Assembly (NCBI GenBank): GCA_963767925.1
Contig: CAVYGB010000002.1
Location: 1,888,001-1,952,000, forward strand
Source: an uncultured delta proteobacterium
Lineage (GTDB): Bacteria > Myxococcota_A > Polyangia > Fen-1088
Reading direction: 5' to 3'
DNA length: 64,000 nt
Numbering within the stretch: the first letter of the stretch is position 1; every line of letters starts with the position of its first letter. Below are positions 47,988 through 57,139 of this stretch, piece after piece. The position numbers were made by a program, and so were the translations under genes. Below the pieces are notes generated by a model. That model worked only from the letters and a program-made list of their open reading frames with translations, had not been told where the DNA came from and did no database searches.

Positions 47988-50258
47988 ATGCCGAAAGTAA
48001 AAGCCAAGCTCGGCTTCCGTGGCCCCCGGGGCGTCAGCAAGGTGATGGAGATCGAGATCCCCGAAGGTGAGCCACCTCCCTGGGACCTCGACACCAAGTT
48101 CAAGCACGTCAACGGCAGCCTGCCCCGCATCGACGGCGTCGCCAAGGTCACCGGGCGGGCCAAATACACCTACGACCAGAACCCCCGGGGCATGCTCTGG
48201 GGCAAGATGCTGCACTCGCCCTGGGGCGCAGCCGGCATCAAGGCGATGGACGTCGAGGCCCTCAAGAAGGCCCCCGGCGTGCGCGCCGTGCACGTCTTCA
48301 AGGAGGCCGGTCGGCCGCTGCTCTATCACGGCGACGAGGTCCTCGCGATCGCGGCCGACACGATCGAGCAGGCCGAAGACGCCCTGCGGGACTTCAAGAT
48401 CACCTACGAGCGCAAGGAGGTGGCCACCACCATCCAGGCCGGCCTGCGCCCCGACGCCCCCATGGTGTTCGAGGGGGAGAAGAACGCGGCCGCGGTGAAC
48501 GTGCCCAAGACCGACGCGGCCAAGGCGGAGGACACCGACAAGGCCGCCAAGGCGGCGGCGCTCATGAAGACCGCGGACAAGGTGTTCGAGGCGACCTACG
48601 AGACCCAGGTGCAGACCCACTCGTCGCTCGAGACCCACGGGGCCATGGCCACCTTCGAGAAGGACGGCTCGCTGACCCTGCACATCAGCACCCAGGCCAA
48701 CTACGGCTGCAAGGGTGAGGCGGTCGAGTTTTCCAAGCTGCCCGACGACAAGGTCAACCTGATCGCCGAGATGGTCGGCGGCGGCTTCGGCGGCAAGTTC
48801 AACATCGCCCCCTCGGGCCGGGCCGCGATGGCGCTGGCCAAGCTGGCCAAGCGGCCGGTCAAGATCATGCTCGACCGGGAAGGTGAGCACACCACCGGCG
48901 GCAACCGCCCCGCTTCGTTGCAGAAGATGAAGGCGGGCGTGAGCAAGGACGGCAAGATCCTCGCCTACCAGCTCGAGGTCTTCGGCACGGGCGGCGTCAC
49001 CGGCGGCGGCACCGGCGCGGCCAACCCCGTCATCTACGACGTGGGCGCCTCGCACAAGAAGGAGACGCGGGTGTTCACCAACGGCGGCCCCTCGGTGGCC
49101 ATGCGCTCGCCGGCCTGGCCGCAGGGCGTGTACGCCATGGAGGGCTTCCTCGACGAGATGGCCTACGGGCTGGGGATGGACCCCCTGGAGTTCCGCAAGA
49201 AGAACACCACCGACGAGGTCTATCTCACGCAGTGGGAGATGGGCGCCAAGATGATCGGCTGGGACCGGCGCAACAAGGTCCCCGGCTCGGGCAAGGGTCC
49301 GGTCAAGCGCGGCCTCGGCATGGCCTCCTCCATGTGGCGCAACATGGGCGGGCGCGACGGCATCGTCGACGTGGTCATCCACCGCGACGGCACCGTCGAG
49401 ACTAAAAACGGGGCTCAGGACATCGGCACCGGCACCCGCACCCTGCTCGCCATCATCACGGCGGAGGAGCTGGGCATCCACCCCCTGCAGGTGAAGGTCT
49501 CGCTGGGTCAGACCAAGTGGCCCAAGGGTCCCTCCTCCGGTGGCTCGAAGACGGCCGCCACCCTGGCGCCCGTCATCCGCCGCTCGGCCTTCCAGGCCAA
49601 GGAGAAGCTGCTGGCGCTGGCCTCGGCCAAGCTGGGCGTGCCGGCGGCCGAGCTGCGCATCGAGGACGGGCTGGTGGCGGGGCAGGGCAAGAGCCTGCCC
49701 TGGAAGCAGGCCTGCGCCCTCATCAAGGAGAACGGGGGCAAGATCGAGGTGCGCACCGAGCGCCAGGCCAACTACGACTCGTACACCAAGCAGGTGCACG
49801 GGGTGCAGTTCGCCGAGGTGGAGGTCGACACCGAGACCGGCTACGTCAAGGTCATCAAGATCGTCACCATCCAGGACGCCGGGCTGGTCGCCAACAAGCT
49901 GCTGTTCAACAGCCAGCTCCTCGGCGGCGCCATCCAGGGCCTCTCCTACGCCCTGCACGAGGATCGCATCCTCGACGCGCGCTACGGGGTGCAGATGAAC
50001 AGCGATCTCATGATGTACAAGATCTCAGGCTCCATGGAGATGCCCGAGATCGTCACGGTGCCCTTCGACGTGCTCAACGGCGGCAACAACACCAGCATGA
50101 TGGGTGTCGGCGAGCCGCCCAACATCCCCACGGCGGCGGCCATCGCCAACGCCTTCTACAACGCCACCGGGGTGCGCATGCGGACCCTGCCCATGACTCC
50201 CGACAAGGTCCTGACGGCGCTGCTGAGCGCCGCCAAGTCGAAGACCGCGGCCATCTGA
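47988..50258 (+). CDS. Molybdenum hydroxylase molybdopterin-binding subunit (PaoC/YagR-like)
   Basis: KVTGRAKY, LETHG, GGGFGGK, AMRSP, QDIGTGT, SGGS, GVGEPP, NATG.R.R.LP.TPDK. Confidence 0.93.
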   Translation: MPKVKAKLGFRGPRGVSKVMEIEIPEGEPPPWDLDTKFKHVNGSLPRIDGVAKVTGRAKYTYDQNPRGMLWGKMLHSPWGAAGIKAMDVEALKKAPGVRAVHVFKEAGRPLLYHGDEVLAIAADTIEQAEDALRDFKITYERKEVATTIQAGLRPDAPMVFEGEKNAAAVNVPKTDAAKAEDTDKAAKAAALMKTADKVFEATYETQVQTHSSLETHGAMATFEKDGSLTLHISTQANYGCKGEAVEFSKLPDDKVNLIAEMVGGGFGGKFNIAPSGRAAMALAKLAKRPVKIMLDREGEHTTGGNRPASLQKMKAGVSKDGKILAYQLEVFGTGGVTGGGTGAANPVIYDVGASHKKETRVFTNGGPSVAMRSPAWPQGVYAMEGFLDEMAYGLGMDPLEFRKKNTTDEVYLTQWEMGAKMIGWDRRNKVPGSGKGPVKRGLGMASSMWRNMGGRDGIVDVVIHRDGTVETKNGAQDIGTGTRTLLAIITAEELGIHPLQVKVSLGQTKWPKGPSSGGSKTAATLAPVIRRSAFQAKEKLLALASAKLGVPAAELRIEDGLVAGQGKSLPWKQACALIKENGGKIEVRTERQANYDSYTKQVHGVQFAEVEVDTETGYVKVIKIVTIQDAGLVANKLLFNSQLLGGAIQGLSYALHEDRILDARYGVQMNSDLMMYKISGSMEMPEIVTVPFDVLNGGNNTSMMGVGEPPNIPTAAAIANAFYNATGVRMRTLPMTPDKVLTALLSAAKSKTAAI

Positions 50259-50270
50259 CGGAGGAACTCC

Positions 50271-51245
50271 ATGCGAAGCTTCTCGTACGTACTCCCTGAT
50301 ACGCTCGAGCAGGCCTCCGAGCAGGCCAAGCTCAAAGGCGCGCTCCTCAAGGCCGGCGGGATCGACATCCTCGACTTGCTGAAGGGGGACATCATCGCCC
50401 CCCAGCAGCTGGTCAACCTGTCGCACATCAAGAACCCCGCCATGCGCGAGATCGCCGTGAAGGACGACGGCGTGCACGTGGGGGCCCTGGTGACGCTGGC
50501 CCAGGTGGCTGGCAACGGCAGCGTGCCGGCGGTTGTGGCGGAGGCGGCGGGCAAGGCCGCCACGCCCCAGATCCGCAACGTGGCCACGGTGGGCGGGAAC
50601 CTCGCGCAGCGGGTGCGCTGCTGGTGGTTCCGCAGCGCCACCTTCCCCTGCGCCCGCAAGGAGGGGAACCAGTGTTTCGCTCAGAAGAGCGAGAACAAGT
50701 ACCACGCCGTGTTCGACAACAGCGAGTGCGCCGCGGTGGCGCCCTCCAGCCTGGCCCCACCCCTGGTGGTGCTCGACGCGGTCGTCGTCACCAACAAGCG
50801 CCGCATCCCCATCGAGCAGTTCTTCGTGCCGACCTCGGTCGACATCACGAAGGAGCACGTGCTCGAGCCGGGCGAGATCATCACCGAGGTGGTGATCCCG
50901 AAGGCGACGGCGGGCTGGAAGAACGCCTACCGCGAGGCGGGGGAGCGCGAGTCGCAGGACTGGCAGCTCCTCTCGGCCTCGGTGGCGCTCGACCTGAGCG
51001 GCTCGACGGTCAAGGCCGCCCGGGTGGCGCTCGGCGCGGTGGCGGTGGTCCCCTACCGCGTGCAGGACGTGGAGAACGCCCTCAAGGGCAAGCCGGTCAA
51101 CGCCGCCAACGCCGCCCGCGCGGCCGATCTGGCGTTCGCGAAGGCCAAGCCCTTCCCGGAGAACGCGTACAAGGTGCCGCTGGGCAAGGCCGTGCTCAAG
51201 CGGGCGATTCTGGCGGCGGCCGGTCTGCCCGAGCTCGGAGGTTGA
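50271..51245 (+). CDS. Molybdenum hydroxylase FAD subunit with [4Fe-4S] insertion (PaoB/YagS-like)
   Basis: AGGID, ATPQIRNVATVGGNL.QR.RC.WFR....C...G..C...C, LGAVA..P.R, N.YK. Confidence 0.92.
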   Translation: MRSFSYVLPDTLEQASEQAKLKGALLKAGGIDILDLLKGDIIAPQQLVNLSHIKNPAMREIAVKDDGVHVGALVTLAQVAGNGSVPAVVAEAAGKAATPQIRNVATVGGNLAQRVRCWWFRSATFPCARKEGNQCFAQKSENKYHAVFDNSECAAVAPSSLAPPLVVLDAVVVTNKRRIPIEQFFVPTSVDITKEHVLEPGEIITEVVIPKATAGWKNAYREAGERESQDWQLLSASVALDLSGSTVKAARVALGAVAVVPYRVQDVENALKGKPVNAANAARAADLAFAKAKPFPENAYKVPLGKAVLKRAILAAAGLPELGG

Positions 51246-51250
51246 TCATC

Positions 51251-51547
51251 ATGGCCAACACGAACAAGGAACCCGTGGTGCGCAGCAAGTTCTCTCCCCG
51301 CGTGCGGGACGGCCTGTGCCGGCACATCCGCAGCAAGGGCATGATCGTCAACATCGACGAGTCTCCCGAGAACTCCTCCTGGCAAAAGAGCTACCTGGCG
51401 GTCGATCCCCACGCCCTGCCCTGGGACGGGACCACCTGGTGGTGCACGGAGACGTCGAAGACCATCGGTCCCGACGACCGGCCCTGCGGCACCGACCGCT
51501 GCACCAACGGCCGCGCCTGCTTCGAGGGCGAAGAGCCCCTGGTCTGA
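51251..51547 (+). CDS. Small Cys-rich hypothetical protein (98 aa)
   Basis: GGAGG RBS, ATG 5 nt after the upstream stop, high GC3; CRHIRSKGM...WWC..T....GPDD..C....C....R.CF. Confidence 0.75.
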   Translation: MANTNKEPVVRSKFSPRVRDGLCRHIRSKGMIVNIDESPENSSWQKSYLAVDPHALPWDGTTWWCTETSKTIGPDDRPCGTDRCTNGRACFEGEEPLV

Positions 51548-51638
51548 GCCTGGCGAGACTTTGACGCGGGTCGAGGGACCCCCTCGGGGGGCCCTCGGCT
51601 TGTGTGCGGCGCCCGGGCGGTGTAGCAAGGGGGCCAGG

Positions 51639-52220
51639 ATGCCCGGACAGGACCTGGCCCCCGGGCTGCTGCTGGCTGCGCCTGCGCTGCGCGACCCGAA
51701 CTTCGAGAAGAGCGTGGTCCTGCTCGGCCGCCACGACGGCGCGGGGGCGCTCGGCTGGGTCATCAACGGCAAGGAGCTCGGCGCGGTGGCCGACCTGCTG
51801 CGCGGCTCCGAGCTGCTGCCGGTCGACCTGGTGCTGCCGGACCTGGCTGGTCTGGCGCTGCCCGCGCGGGTGGGTGGGCCGGTGGCGCCGGCGACTGGCT
51901 GGCTGGTCTACCGGCGCACCGAGGTGGCTCTGCCCGGCGAGCTGACGGTGGGTCCCGAGGTTGGGGTGACCGGGGAGGCGCTGGCGTTCTCGGCGCTGGC
52001 CCGGGGGGGCGGGCCGGTGGAGTTCCGGCTGGTGCTCGGCTGCTCGGGCTGGGGGCCCGGCCAGCTCGAGTCGGAGATCCGCGCCGGCGCCTGGCTCCCC
52101 ACGGCGCTCGACGCGGACCTGGTGTTCGACACCTTCGGCGACGCCACCTGGGAAGACGCCTACCGCCGCACCATTGGCTCCATCCCCGCTGCCTTCAGCA
52201 GCCGCCCCGCCAAAGCCTGA
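51639..52220 (+). CDS. YqgE/AlgH family protein
   Basis: LLLA.P.L.DPNFEKSVVLL..H...GALG.VIN, GGPV, G.SGW.PGQLE.EI..GAW. Confidence 0.92.
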   Translation: MPGQDLAPGLLLAAPALRDPNFEKSVVLLGRHDGAGALGWVINGKELGAVADLLRGSELLPVDLVLPDLAGLALPARVGGPVAPATGWLVYRRTEVALPGELTVGPEVGVTGEALAFSALARGGGPVEFRLVLGCSGWGPGQLESEIRAGAWLPTALDADLVFDTFGDATWEDAYRRTIGSIPAAFSSRPAKA

Positions 52221-52321
52221 CGCCCGGCCGCAGGCACGCGGCGGGCGGGGCGCCGCGTCCGAGGGATGGCCGCCGAGCGCGGGGGATGGGCGGCTCTGTT
52301 CGTTACGGCGGGGGACGGCGA

Positions 52322-52984
52322 TCAGCTAGGGTTGCATTTTCGAGATGGGCTACACCGGCCGTGGCAGCCGGCAGCTGCCTGGTCCGCGGCGGCGAAGCTT
52401 CGAGGGACCAGGGCATCGGGGCGCATCTCGCACTCGATCGGTGCACCGCGCGCATCCAGGGCGAAGCGACAGCAGGCTTCGAAGAGGGAACGGAGGCGCT
52501 TCCGTCCGCGCTGGACGCGCGATTTCACGGCCGTGGCTGACAGGCCGAGCTTCTGCGCAATGGCTGCGTGCGGCAGGTTCTGCAGCTCGCTCAGAACGAT
52601 GACGTCGCGGTAGCGGACGGGCAATTCCTCGATGAAGGGGCGGAGGATGTCAGCGAGGATGGCCTTCGTACGCTCGGGAGCGAAGGAAGGCTCGATGGCT
52701 GCAGGGGATCGGTCGGGGTCGTCCTCTCGAGCAGGTGTTGCCTCGGTCCGTGTCGCGCGCTGCCGGAAGTGGTCAGCGGCGGCCGTGTAGACCAGGCGCA
52801 TGATCCATCCGGCGAAACGCTCCTGATCTCGGAGCTCGTGTCCGTGGCGCCAGACGCGGACGAGCACTTCCTGAACGACGTCGTCGACGTCGGCGGGGTT
52901 CGACAGCCGCCTCGAAACGAGCCGGTCGACGGCTGCCCGGAGGTGGCGCCACTGCTCGTCCGAGGCGGGCTGGGTCCGGGTCAT
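52322..52984 (-). CDS. ECF sigma factor, SigZ-like
   Basis: DVDDVVQEV, F.GW, LP..YR, KSRVQRGR..L....EACC.F..D.RG; ATGA overlap with the arsM stop. Confidence 0.85.
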   Translation of the reverse strand: MTRTQPASDEQWRHLRAAVDRLVSRRLSNPADVDDVVQEVLVRVWRHGHELRDQERFAGWIMRLVYTAAADHFRQRATRTEATPAREDDPDRSPAAIEPSFAPERTKAILADILRPFIEELPVRYRDVIVLSELQNLPHAAIAQKLGLSATAVKSRVQRGRKRLRSLFEACCRFALDARGAPIECEMRPDALVPRSFAAADQAAAGCHGRCSPSRKCNPS

Positions 52985-53802
52985 GGGCGAGGGTCGATGG
53001 CAGGTCGTCGGGCGGTCACCTTGGCCGAGGCGCCGAGCTTCGCCAGATCCAGGTCGGCGCCGACAGCCGTTGCCATCGCGGCCGTCCCCACGCCATCTAC
53101 CTCGATCTCGATGTCCTGGAAGCCAGCATCGCCCAGCCAGGACTCGAGCTGGTCGACGGTGGCGGCGCCAGCCACACATCCGGTGTAAGCGGCCAGGTCA
53201 CGCCGGACGTTGTCGGGGAGGGGACCGAACGCGACCACGTCGCTGATCGCGAGTCGTCCCCCCGGCCGCAGGACGCGAAAGGCCTCACGGAGGACGGCGG
53301 GCTTGTCGGGCGCGAGGTTGATCACGCAGTTGGAGATCACGACATCGACGGACGCGTCGGAGACCGGGAGGTGCTCGATCTCCCCGAGACGGAAGTGCAC
53401 GTTGCCCAGCCCTGCCTTCTCGGCGTTGGAGCGCGCGCGGGAGACCATGTCTGGCGTCATGTCCACGCCGATCACGCGTCCGGTGACGCCCACTTGTCGG
53501 GCAGCCAGGAAGCAGTCGAACCCTGCGCCGCTGCCGAGGTCGAGGACCGACTCGCCCGGCTGCAGGGCGGCGATCGCCTGGGGGTTGCCGCAGCCCAGGC
53601 CGAGGTTCGCTCCCTCCGGTGCGCTCTTCACGTCCGCCGGGCTGTACCCCATCCGCAGCGCCGAGCTGTCCGGCGGGGTCTCACTCGATCGGGGCGAACA
53701 GCAGCTCGGTGCGCAGCAGCTCTCGCCACCACGCGCGACCTTGGCGTAGTGCTCCCTGACCTCGGCTCGGATCTGGTCGTCGGTATCGGGTGTCGTCGTC
53801 AT
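52981..53802 (-). CDS. arsM: Arsenite S-adenosylmethionine methyltransferase
   Basis: CCAPSCC, ANLGLGCGNP, VLDLGSGAGFDC, GVDMT, ISNCVINL, GCVAGA. Confidence 0.93.
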   Translation of the reverse strand: MTTTPDTDDQIRAEVREHYAKVARGGESCCAPSCCSPRSSETPPDSSALRMGYSPADVKSAPEGANLGLGCGNPQAIAALQPGESVLDLGSGAGFDCFLAARQVGVTGRVIGVDMTPDMVSRARSNAEKAGLGNVHFRLGEIEHLPVSDASVDVVISNCVINLAPDKPAVLREAFRVLRPGGRLAISDVVAFGPLPDNVRRDLAAYTGCVAGAATVDQLESWLGDAGFQDIEIEVDGVGTAAMATAVGADLDLAKLGASAKVTARRPAIDPRP

Positions 53803-53856
53803 CTTCTGTCACCTCCATCTTGAAAGACGGAGGTCGCCTCCGAAAGACGCAGGAGA

Positions 53857-54708
53857 TCAGCGCGGCAACGCGAGCCGCATCAGCGCCGCAGACGACGGGC
53901 AAAGCGAGGCGAGCTCTCGGGTCTGACGGATCGCCTCCGGTGCGCTCTCTCGCGCTGCGCTGACGAACCCGTGCCTGGCGAACAGCGGGGCGGCGGTGGT
54001 GGTCAGGAGGAACACCTCCTGGACCCCAGCGCTGGAGGCGAGCTCGAGCACCCGCCGGATCAGCTCGGCTGACAGGCCGCGTCCCCGCCAGCTCGGCGCG
54101 ACGACAAGGGAGCGAAGCAGGGCCAGCGTGCCGTGAGCTTCCACCCCCACGCATCCGACGACCTCCTCTCCCGCCACGGCAACCAGGAGCAGGGGACGGG
54201 AGGTCGTCAGGTCTTCGGAAGGAAGGTCGTTGCCGCGCAGGAGCCGGATGACGTCGGGGAGGTCCCCCTCGGAGGCCGGCCGAACGGTGACCGGCGGTCG
54301 ACCGCCGTTGTCGTCGAGACCTTCGCGGGTGATGAGGTCGGCGACGCGTGCCCGCACTTCGTCGCGGATCTCTCGAACGCGCTGGGGTGGCTTTCCTTTG
54401 GGGTCCTCGAGCGGCCAGTCTTCGCGTCTGAGGCCCGGCACGACCGGGCAGGCCTCTCCGCAGCCCATGGTGACCAGGAGGGATGCCTGGCGCGCCAGAT
54501 CATCTGTCAGGAGCTGCGGCTGAGCGCGGGAGAGGTCGATTCCGCTTTCGCGCATCACCGCCAGCACCTCGGGATGTACGCGGGACCCCGGCTGGGTGCC
54601 AGCCGAGAGGGCGCGTGCCCGGCCGGGGCCGACCTGGTGGTTGAACCACGCCGCCGCCATCTGCGACCGGCCGGCGTTGTGGACGCACGCGAACAGGTAG
54701 GTCTTCAT
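53857..54708 (-). CDS. arsC: ArsC (LMW-PTP type) fused to an ArsN-like GNAT acetyltransferase
   Basis: CVHNAGRSQMA, TMGCGEACP, DWPLEDP; then LLRSLVV....RGRG, LLTTTA..F...GF, CPSSA.LM. Confidence 0.9.
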   Translation of the reverse strand: MKTYLFACVHNAGRSQMAAAWFNHQVGPGRARALSAGTQPGSRVHPEVLAVMRESGIDLSRAQPQLLTDDLARQASLLVTMGCGEACPVVPGLRREDWPLEDPKGKPPQRVREIRDEVRARVADLITREGLDDNGGRPPVTVRPASEGDLPDVIRLLRGNDLPSEDLTTSRPLLLVAVAGEEVVGCVGVEAHGTLALLRSLVVAPSWRGRGLSAELIRRVLELASSAGVQEVFLLTTTAAPLFARHGFVSAARESAPEAIRQTRELASLCPSSAALMRLALPR

Positions 54709-55430
54709 GGCGAGTCCTCCCCGGGCTGGCGATGCGAGGTGACCATCCCGGGCGCGGTCCTGCGCTCCAGCGGCAGAAGCCATCGGAAGAGCAGGGTGGC
54801 GGTCACCGCCCCGGCGAGCTGGGCGACGACGAAGCCGAACACGTCGGCGGGTCGGATGCCGGCGAAGGTGTCGGTCAGGGATCTGGCGATGGTCACGGCG
54901 GGGTTGGCGAAGGAGGTGGAGGCCGTGAACCAGTAGGCCGCGGTGATGTAGGCCGCCACCGCGAAGGGCGTCACCGACGGGCGCCTTCGCGTGCATCCCC
55001 AGATGACGGACAGCAGGCCGAACGTCGCGACGAACTCGCTGAGGACCTGCCCGCCACCCGCCCGGGCGCGGCCGGAGGTCATCAGCAGGGGCAGGTCGAA
55101 CATCCGGTGCGCGATCAGCACCCCCGCGACGGCGCCCGAGACCTGGGCGACGAGATAAGCGGGAACGTCCCGCCACGCCGTTCCGCCTTGCCAGGCGTCG
55201 ACGAGGGTGACCGCCGGATTGAAGTGCGCTCCTGAGATGGAGCCGAAGGTCAAGATCAGCGCCGCCAGACCGGCGCCCGTCGCCAGGGTGTTGGCCAGCA
55301 GGGCAACCGCGACGTTGCCGGCAGACAGCCGCTCCGCCATGATCCCCGACCCGACGACGGTCGCGAGCAGCAACGCCGTCCCCGTGCCCTCGGCCACGAA
55401 GCGCCTGCCGGAGGAGGGCCGCCCGCTCAC
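54705..55430 (-). CDS. aqpS: MIP-family aquaglyceroporin of ars operons
   Basis: VVGSGIMAERL, ISGAHFNPAVT, YWFTASTSFANPAVT. Confidence 0.9.
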   Translation of the reverse strand: MSGRPSSGRRFVAEGTGTALLLATVVGSGIMAERLSAGNVAVALLANTLATGAGLAALILTFGSISGAHFNPAVTLVDAWQGGTAWRDVPAYLVAQVSGAVAGVLIAHRMFDLPLLMTSGRARAGGGQVLSEFVATFGLLSVIWGCTRRRPSVTPFAVAAYITAAYWFTASTSFANPAVTIARSLTDTFAGIRPADVFGFVVAQLAGAVTATLLFRWLLPLERRTAPGMVTSHRQPGEDSP

Positions 55431-55473
55431 CGACCCCTCCTGCTCCGATCGAGAGAGCACATTTCCTTCCCCA

Positions 55474-55758
55474 TCAGCAGCAGGCGGTCAGCAGTCGGAC
55501 CAGGTCGTTGACCATCCCGGTGCCCACCGAGTAGTAGATGAACCGCTCCTGCCGCCTGGCCTGGATCAGGCCAGCTCGCCTTAGCTGATCGAGGTGGTGG
55601 GACACGGTCGGACCGGGCATCCCAACCGCCTCCTGAACCTGCCCCGCCGCGAGCTCGCTCCGCGCCCTGACCAGCGTGAAGAAGACAGCGAGCCGTCCAG
55701 GATGGGCCAGGGCCTTGAAAGCATCGACGTGCTCCGGCGCCACCACGAGGGTAGCCAT
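55474..55758 (-). CDS. arsR: ArsR/SmtB repressor with a C-terminal Cys-Cys pair
   Basis: FKALAHP.RL, TVSHHL..L..AGLI, R..RFIYY, ends LTACC. Confidence 0.9.
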   Translation of the reverse strand: MATLVVAPEHVDAFKALAHPGRLAVFFTLVRARSELAAGQVQEAVGMPGPTVSHHLDQLRRAGLIQARRQERFIYYSVGTGMVNDLVRLLTACC

Positions 55759-55780
55759 GGGCAGTCGCCTCAAAGTCACA

Positions 55781-55816
55781 TTTTCAAATATAAGAAAACA
55801 TAACCCCCACCGTCAA
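55781..55816 (-). promoter_or_regulatory. ars promoter with overlapping operator palindrome
   Basis: Minus strand TTGACG-N18-TATATT; inverted repeat TTTTC-N8-GAAAA (55781-55798) covers the -10 box. Confidence 0.7.
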
Positions 55817-55980
55817 CCCCGATTCCCCTGGAACGTTGATCTCTTGCATATCTCGCCGGTCCTCTTCGTCCCTGGCTGCGTTGCTCGTCGGTTAAATACG
55901 CCCGGTATTCGCCCTCCTCGCGCCTTGCCAGGAACGAAGATGCCTCGCCGACATATGCAAGCCTTCACCGTTCCAGGGGA

Positions 55981-56658
55981 CTAGTTGGTGCCGTGGACGC
56001 TGATCAAAAGGTCGTCGACGGGGTCGGCTTCGATCCAGATCTCCTTGTATTCGGAGACGCCTTTGCCGTGGCGTTGCATGCCGATGGGGCCTTGCCAGCG
56101 GCGTTCGTGATCGGGGCTCTTGTAGGTCGTCAGCTCGACGCCGTTGACGGCGGCGCGCATGGTGCCGGTGTTGTAGTTGGCGAGGATCTCGGTGAGGTGC
56201 CAGGTCTCGTCGATGCGCTCGCCGCGGACGTGGCGGGTCTCGCCGATGTTGTCGTCGTTGACGAAGTAGTCCCACATGGCCCCGTGGGGCGGCTGGAACT
56301 GGATGTTCTTCTTGTAGGCCTCCTCGCCCGAGGGAGCAGGCCCCCAGAACAGGATGCCGAGGTGGTCGCCGTTGCGGGGGTTCATGCGGGAGGTGACGAA
56401 CAGCCGGAAGCTGCCGTACGACCTGGTCGTGTGCACGGCGCGCTCGCCGCCTGGCTCACCCCGCAGGACGCCTTCGGGCGTGATCGACCAGCCCTTCTTG
56501 CTGACCCAGCCGTCCCAGGTCTTGCCGTCGAAGATCCGCACGCAGCGCGGACAGGGTTTCTCGTCCTCGGCGAGAGAGGCCGCGAGGTTGGTGCCGCTGG
56601 CGGTGCCGCAGCCCGCCAGCACAGCCGCCGTCGAGAGAGCGATTGCAATGTGGCGCAT
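55981..56658 (-). CDS. DUF1080 (3-keto-disaccharide hydrolase-like) lipoprotein
   Basis: Lipobox LAGC, IFDGK..DGW, T.R.Y..F.L, VNG, GPIGMQ.H, YKEIWI. Confidence 0.75.
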   Translation of the reverse strand: MRHIAIALSTAAVLAGCGTASGTNLAASLAEDEKPCPRCVRIFDGKTWDGWVSKKGWSITPEGVLRGEPGGERAVHTTRSYGSFRLFVTSRMNPRNGDHLGILFWGPAPSGEEAYKKNIQFQPPHGAMWDYFVNDDNIGETRHVRGERIDETWHLTEILANYNTGTMRAAVNGVELTTYKSPDHERRWQGPIGMQRHGKGVSEYKEIWIEADPVDDLLISVHGTN

Positions 56659-56666
56659 GACGGCGT

Positions 56667-57137
56667 TTATACAACGCCCTCCGGGAGGGCAGGCAACACC
56701 TCGAATCCCGGGCCGGGACCGGGGCGAACGAGGTGGATCTCGTCGAACCCTTCGTCCGGGGTGGGGCGGCGCAGGCGGCGGGCGGTGGTGTGGATGGCCA
56801 CGTCGGGCACCCGGGCCTTCCCCTGGCGACCGCGGTTGCGGGCCAGGCAGTCGCGTGCCGGGCAGTCGAAGTAGTACCCGATGGCGCGGGCGCCGCCGGC
56901 CCGGGCCAGCGCCAGCAGCGGCGCGCGTTCGACCAGGCTGGCGTTTGTGTTGTCGATGACGACGCTGCGGCCGGCGGCGAGCGCCTGGGCCAGCAGGGCG
57001 GCCTGCTGGTAGTCGAGGCGCCGGCGATCGGCGAGGAGATCTTTGCTGATGAGGGCGTGGGTCGCCTCGAAGCGCTGCCGGTAGAAGGTGCTCTTGCCGG
57101 CGCCGGGCAGGCCGATCAGGATCACCACCTCGGGCAT
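56667..57137 (-). CDS. AAA_33-type small P-loop kinase
   Basis: VILIGLPGAGKSTFY, ISKD, SVVIDNTN....R, RN..R, P...EGFDE. Confidence 0.88.
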   Translation of the reverse strand: MPEVVILIGLPGAGKSTFYRQRFEATHALISKDLLADRRRLDYQQAALLAQALAAGRSVVIDNTNASLVERAPLLALARAGGARAIGYYFDCPARDCLARNRGRQGKARVPDVAIHTTARRLRRPTPDEGFDEIHLVRPGPGPGFEVLPALPEGVV

Positions 57138-57139
57138 GG

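Noticed and set aside
52220..56660. ars cluster as a bounded mobile element
   Set aside because: Compositional shift only; no integrase, transposase, tRNA target or flanking direct repeats seen
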